Source: Hydrogenophaga sp. (GTDB taxonomy: Bacteria > Pseudomonadota > Gammaproteobacteria > Burkholderiales > Burkholderiaceae_C). From it: a stretch of DNA of 64,000 nt. The translations under genes and the position numbers were made by a program. The stretch spans positions 22,562 to 86,561 of the forward strand of contig JACVCO010000018.1 in NCBI GenBank assembly GCA_016741995.1, given 5' to 3'. Shown here in pieces: positions 59,603 to 64,000 of the stretch; position 1 is the stretch's first letter; each line of letters begins with the position of its first letter. The notes under the pieces were generated by a model. It saw only the letters and a program-made list of their open reading frames with translations, was not told the DNA's origin and did not search any database.

Positions 59603-59753
59603 GCTGCCCAGGCGAACGGCTCGACACCCGGCCTGGCGGCGCGGGCGGCACGCTTCCCAGTGGTTGTCCGGGAGGGATTGGCCGAAGGCCGCTCCCGGGG
59701 TCCACGTCAGCGATCGACCCGTGGGGGTGATCGCCTATCGCCAGTCGCGTGTC
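59603..59753 (-). ncRNA. ZMP/ZTP (pfl) riboswitch upstream of glyA
   Basis: Minus strand reads CACGCGACTGGCGA...GTGG...CCACTGGGAAGCGTG...GCCGTTCGCCTGGGC, matching the pfl consensus (GACUGGCG, P2, GGGAAGCG, GCC..CGCCUGGGC); the target gene is typical. Confidence 0.88.
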
Positions 59754-59790
59754 GGCCGGTAGTTTAGCCGAGCACGCCTCGTGGGCCCGT

Positions 59791-60654
59791 TCAGGAGGGC
59801 AGGGCCGAGAGTGCGGACGGGCGGGCCTCGGCCTCGACCTCGGCTTCCGGTGCCGGCGCGGTCACGGGGATGGCACGCGGCGGGGGCACGTAGCGCTGCA
59901 TGGGCTTGCCCAGCGCGACGCTCTGGATGCGCAGGTGCTCGGCCATCACACGGTCGATGTACCAGCTGCCGTCGGTGCTGACAGCGCCCACGTACAAGCG
60001 CAGGCCGCCTTCCACGGAGCCGGCGCGCTTGACGGCGTCTTCGAGCACCTTGGCACCCACACGCAGGTTCGACAGCGGGTCGAAGGCGGCCAGCTCGCCG
60101 CCGAAGTCCTCGTACTTGTCGGTGTGCACGCGCGTGAGCACCTGCATCAGGCCTTGCGCGCCCACCGGGCTCTGGGCAAACGGGTTGAAGCGCGACTCGA
60201 TGGCCATCACGGCCAGCAGCAGGGTCGGATCGATGCGGATGCGCTCGCCAATGGTGTACGCCTCGGTCACGAGGGCGGCCAGCGGCTCGGGGGCCACGCG
60301 GTACTTGCGGCTGAGCCAGGTGGTGACCTTGGCCTGCTGCTCGGTGAGGTCGCGCAAGCTGGCCACCGTGACGCGTTCGATGGCGGTGGGCTCGACGTCG
60401 ACGCTGCGCTCGACCATCTGCTGCGCCTCCTGGCGCTGCAGCAGCCAGCCCAGCAACCGCTCTTCGGCGGTGGTTCGCAGGTCGGCACGCATGCCGAACA
60501 CGAGCAAGGTGATGGCCGCCACCGTGCCCAGCAAAGCCAGGCCGTTCTGTGTGGTGTGAATGAAGCCCTGGTACACGTCGGATGCGGCGTGTTTCAGGGA
60601 CGATGCCATGGCACTGGGCGTGCTCTTCTGCGGCGTCGGCGAGTTGGTCCTCAT
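59791..60654 (-). CDS. Lytic transglycosylase (SLT domain) with N-terminal membrane anchor
   Basis: LLAVMAIESRFNP (catalytic Glu), GAQGLMQV, NLRVG, L..Y.G. ATG at 60654 after AAGGAG. Confidence 0.9.
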   Translation of the reverse strand: MRTNSPTPQKSTPSAMASSLKHAASDVYQGFIHTTQNGLALLGTVAAITLLVFGMRADLRTTAEERLLGWLLQRQEAQQMVERSVDVEPTAIERVTVASLRDLTEQQAKVTTWLSRKYRVAPEPLAALVTEAYTIGERIRIDPTLLLAVMAIESRFNPFAQSPVGAQGLMQVLTRVHTDKYEDFGGELAAFDPLSNLRVGAKVLEDAVKRAGSVEGGLRLYVGAVSTDGSWYIDRVMAEHLRIQSVALGKPMQRYVPPPRAIPVTAPAPEAEVEAEARPSALSALPS

Positions 60655-60803
60655 GGATCGCTCCTTGCTGGTCGGTGAGCGCCGCGGGGCGGTACACACC
60701 GGTCGTTGGGGTCGCCATCGACGACCTCCATGGGGGAAAGGCGTCGAGTTAGCCCTTGCGGGCAGCGTTGGGGGTTTACCCTCGCGTGGGCAAAAGTCGG
60801 CGG

Positions 60804-60832
60804 ATGGTAGGGAGCGGTAAATAACAAGTCAA
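60804..60832 (-). promoter_or_regulatory. sigma70 promoter of the SLT gene (TTGACT-N17-TACCAT)
   Basis: -35 at 60832-60827, exact 17-nt spacer, -10 at 60809-60804, AT-rich upstream tract. Confidence 0.7.
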
Positions 60833-61104
60833 TGTTTTGAACTGCGATCAAAAGAATAATTAGTAATTTGACAGGATTGCCCAGTGTGCGGTTTTGCATG
60901 CTTTCCTCCACAGGCCCAATGGCGGCGCGGGCTTGCGAACGGTGACAAGGGCATGACCACTCGTCGGGTTGTGACCACCTTTCATGGCGCGAAACGGGGT
61001 TTTGAGGTCGCGGAATGGCCATCGGGTTGGCGATTGAAAAGTTCCATGGCGGATCGACGACCGTGTCTTGAAGCGTGCGCGGCACGGGCGTAGCCTTCGC
61101 GGGT

Positions 61105-61282
61105 CGGTCTTGAAGACCGGCATCAGCCGACAGCGCGGCGATCCGCAAGTCGGCCCCCATCGGGAGCAATCTCTTGCTTCCAGGCCGGCGGGACAATTCC
61201 CTCCCACCGCCAAAACCGACGGCATGAGCCTTGTTGCCCGCCGTCTACCCCGGCAGGTTCGCCCTGCCGGGGTTTCTGTTTT
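61105..61282 (+). ncRNA. Candidate unannotated structured small RNA
   Basis: Five consecutive hairpins plus an intrinsic terminator, with no credible plus-strand CDS upstream; see findings. Confidence 0.5.
61247..61282 (+). terminator. Rho-independent terminator
   Basis: ACCCCGGCAGG-TTCGC-CCTGCCGGGGT (11-bp stem) followed by TTCTGTTTT. Confidence 0.8.
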
Positions 61283-61332
61283 CTGGGGGCGCATTCGTCG
61301 GTGTGCCACAGGCTTGCGCGACACTGCGGGCC

Positions 61333-64000
61333 ATGGCCGGTCCGCTCGACGCTTCCCTTCTCCACTCCCCCGGTGCCCGGCGTTGGTTGCGTCGCCTGGG
61401 CTGGGCCTTGCTGAGCCTGCTATTGATATGGGGGCTGTCCTGGCTGGCCTTGCCCCCGCTGCTCAAGTGGCAGATCCAGAAGCAGGGCAGTGCCGCGCTC
61501 GGGCGGGCGGTGACGGTGGAGCGCGTCGATGTGCGCCCCTGGTCGCTGAGCGTGACCATCGACGGGCTGCGCGTGGCCAACGCCGCGGGCGATGGCGCGC
61601 AGTTTTCTTTGCAACGCCTGTTTCTTGATCTCGAGTTGCAGTCGCTCTTGCGGCTGGCCCCGGTGGTCGATGCCCTTCGGCTGGAGGCGCCGCAACTGAC
61701 GCTGCGTCACCTGGGGGAAGGGCGGCTGGATGTGGACGACGTGATCCAGCGCCTGACCCCGCCGCCGCGGCCCGAGGAAGCGCCCGCCGAGCCGGCGCGC
61801 TTTGCGTTGTTCAACATCGAGCTGGTCGATGGCTCCGCATCGTTCATCGACGAGCCGGTTGCCACGACCCATCGCCTCGAAGGGCTGCAGGTGGCCGTGC
61901 CTTTCCTGAGCAACCTGGGTTCGCGGCGCGAGGTGGTCACCGAGCCGCGCCTGGCCTTCACGCTCAATGGCAGCGCGTTCGACTCCCGGGCCACGACCAC
62001 GCCGTTCGCCGAAGACCGGCAGACGCGCGCGAGGCTGCAGATCCCTGAGCTCGACGTACAGCCCTACCTCGTCTATTGGCCGAAGAACCTGCCCGCGCGC
62101 CTGGACGCGGCCCGCCTGCACCTTGATCTGACGCTGGACTTCGAGCAGCACGCGCAACCTGCCCTGGCGCTGTCGGGCCAGGTGGGCGTGTCGGATGTTC
62201 GTGTGAGCGAGGGCGGGCGCCCCTTGCTCGCCTGGCAGCGGCTGGACGTGGACCTGCGCCGCCTGGAGCCCTTGCGTCAGCGCGCGGAGATCGCCCGCGT
62301 GCGCTGGAGCGGGCCCGCGTTCGAGGTGTCGCGCGATGCGCAGGGGCGCATCAACCTGCAGGGCCTGGCGCCCGCGCCCGTTGACGCCACCACCGACACC
62401 CCCACCCCGCCAGCCGGGGCCGCGCCATTGCCCTGGCAGGTGGTCGTCGATGAGGTCGGCATCGCCGATGGCACCGTGCGCTGGCGCGATGCCGCCGTGG
62501 CCCCCGCGGCCGAACTGGTGCTCGGGGGTTTGCAGGCCCGGGCCACGGGCATTGCCTGGCCGGTGCAGCAGGCGGTGCCCATCGAACTGGACGCGCAACT
62601 GGGCGACACGCCCCTGAGCTTGCGTGGCAGCGCCACCGACCGCGCTGCCCAGGCGCGATTGACGCTGGGTGAGTTGCCGTTGGGCATGGCAGCACCCTAC
62701 CTGGCGCAACACCTGGAGCCGGCGCTCGATGGCCGTTTGCAGGCGGAACTGACGCTCGATTGGCAAGCCGCGGCCGGCGCCGAACCCGGGGCCTTGACGC
62801 TGGAAGCCACGCGCGTGCAACTGGCCGATCTGCGGCTCGGGCCCGCGCGCGCGCCGCTGGTGCGCCTGCAAAAGCTGGACGTGAGCGCCGCGCAGATCGA
62901 CGTGCCGGGCCGGCGTGTGACGGTGGGGCAGATCGAGCTGGTTTCTCCCGATCTGGACGTGAGCCGCCGCGCCGATGGCCGCTGGATGGCGCAGGACTGG
63001 TTGCGCACGCCGCCCGCGCCGAGCACGGGGCCGCGAGAGACGCCGGTGCCCACGCCACACGAGGCGCCGACGCCCTGGGCCGTGGTGCTGGGCGATCTGC
63101 GGCTGCAGAACGGCCGCGTGCGCTTCGCCGACCACACCACGGCGCAGCCGGTGGCGCTGATGCTACAGGGCGTGTCGCTGCGCGCGCAGAACCTGCAACC
63201 GCTGGCCGAGCGCGCGCCCGAGGCGCCGGTGCAACTGCAGTTGCGCGTGTCGCCGCGCACGGACGCGGCGAACGATGGCCCCGCCCGTGAGGCCGGGCGC
63301 ATCGCGCTCGATGGCCGCCTGCAACTGCCCGGCCGTGCGGTGGGCGCCGGCCTGCGCGGCCAGTTGCAAGTGGAGCGGTTGCCCCTGCACGCGCTGGTGC
63401 CGTACGCGGCCGATCGGCTCAACCTCGAACTGCTGCGCGCCGACGCCAGCGTGCGCGGCGACTTCGCCTTCAGCCAGGCACCGGCCGGGCCGGTGCTGAC
63501 CCTGGCGATGGACGCGGCGCTGGACGACCTGCGCGCGCATTCGCTGGCGCCCAGTGAAGAGTTGCTGACCTGGAACAGCCTGCAGGTGCGCGGCCTGCGC
63601 GTGCGCAGCGCGCCGGCCGAGGCGCTGTCGGTGCAGGTGGCCGAGACCGTGCTCAGCGATTACTTCGCGCGCGTGCTGATCGACGAGCAGGGCCGCATCA
63701 ACCTGCAGGGGCTGGTCAAGCCCGCGCCCGAGCAGGCGGCCGCTGCGACTCCCGGCACCGCCAACGCCCCCGCCACCGAGGGCCCGCCGCCCGACATCCG
63801 CATCGGCCCGATCGGTCTGGTCAATGGCCGCGTGCGCTTCTCCGACCGCTTCATCCGCCCCAACTACACCGCCAACCTGAGCGAGCTCACCGGCTCGCTC
63901 AGCGCCTTCAGCAGCGCACCGCCCGCGCCCGGGCAGGCGCTCGCGCTGGCCGATCTTTCGCTCAAGGGGCGGGCCGAAGGCACGGCGCAGCTGGACATCA
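61333..64000 (+). CDS. DUF748 / AsmA-like repeat beta-groove protein (partial, runs off window)
   Basis: Manual translation from ATG 61333: MAGPLDASLL...WLRRLGWALLSLLLIWGLSWLALPPLLKWQIQKQG..ALGRAVTVERVDVRPWSLSVTIDGL. Repeated G...F.D segments and G.INLQGL. Absent from the ORF track because there is no stop in the window. Confidence 0.85.
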   Translation, partial: MAGPLDASLLHSPGARRWLRRLGWALLSLLLIWGLSWLALPPLLKWQIQKQGSAALGRAVTVERVDVRPWSLSVTIDGLRVANAAGDGAQFSLQRLFLDLELQSLLRLAPVVDALRLEAPQLTLRHLGEGRLDVDDVIQRLTPPPRPEEAPAEPARFALFNIELVDGSASFIDEPVATTHRLEGLQVAVPFLSNLGSRREVVTEPRLAFTLNGSAFDSRATTTPFAEDRQTRARLQIPELDVQPYLVYWPKNLPARLDAARLHLDLTLDFEQHAQPALALSGQVGVSDVRVSEGGRPLLAWQRLDVDLRRLEPLRQRAEIARVRWSGPAFEVSRDAQGRINLQGLAPAPVDATTDTPTPPAGAAPLPWQVVVDEVGIADGTVRWRDAAVAPAAELVLGGLQARATGIAWPVQQAVPIELDAQLGDTPLSLRGSATDRAAQARLTLGELPLGMAAPYLAQHLEPALDGRLQAELTLDWQAAAGAEPGALTLEATRVQLADLRLGPARAPLVRLQKLDVSAAQIDVPGRRVTVGQIELVSPDLDVSRRADGRWMAQDWLRTPPAPSTGPRETPVPTPHEAPTPWAVVLGDLRLQNGRVRFADHTTAQPVALMLQGVSLRAQNLQPLAERAPEAPVQLQLRVSPRTDAANDGPAREAGRIALDGRLQLPGRAVGAGLRGQLQVERLPLHALVPYAADRLNLELLRADASVRGDFAFSQAPAGPVLTLAMDAALDDLRAHSLAPSEELLTWNSLQVRGLRVRSAPAEALSVQVAETVLSDYFARVLIDEQGRINLQGLVKPAPEQAAAATPGTANAPATEGPPPDIRIGPIGLVNGRVRFSDRFIRPNYTANLSELTGSLSAFSSAPPAPGQALALADLSLKGRAEGTAQLDI

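Noticed and set aside
60700-60800. c-di-GMP-I or fluoride riboswitch in the SLT leader
   Set aside because: GGTAAAC and a GNRA loop are present, but the GCAAA junction, the tetraloop receptor and the fluoride consensus are not.
61109-61160. CTTGAA ... CCCCAT as a sigma32 promoter
   Set aside because: The spacing is about 40 nt rather than 13-14.
61068-61628. 186-aa plus-strand ORF over the candidate sRNA
   Set aside because: It runs through a strong terminator, overlaps the DUF748 gene out of frame, and has no recognisable motif.

Overview
High-GC betaproteobacterial chromosome segment. Gene content and order (Bug/TctC receptors, ybgC-tolQRA after nusB, ribBX) point to Burkholderiales, probably Comamonadaceae; this is inference. 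It is mostly core genes: scoAB, gltS, gabD, alaS, trmB, gluQ, dnaE, tolQRA, nusB, the rib genes, nrdR and glyA. It also has tRNA-Gly(CCC), a yybP-ykoY (Mn2+) riboswitch and a ZTP (pfl) riboswitch. Accessory content: (i) a 12 kb, 13-gene orphan catabolic cluster (4190-16450) next to the tRNA-Gly 3' end, built as two converging arms, with one 17-bp palindrome (TTTCCG-N5-CGGAAA) in front of four transcription units and two paralogous LigI-like amidohydrolases with altered active-site histidines; (ii) a GntR-controlled CoA-transferase/crotonase/aminotransferase/FAD-FeS oxidoreductase cluster; (iii) a fimT-pilVWXY1E minor-pilin cassette splitting the riboflavin operon; (iv) a 680 bp intergenic region (60655-61332) with an unannotated run of five hairpins ending in a strong intrinsic terminator, a candidate sigma54-dependent sRNA. 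No integrase, transposase, phage gene or CRISPR array was seen. All calls come from reading motifs by eye; no database searches were run.
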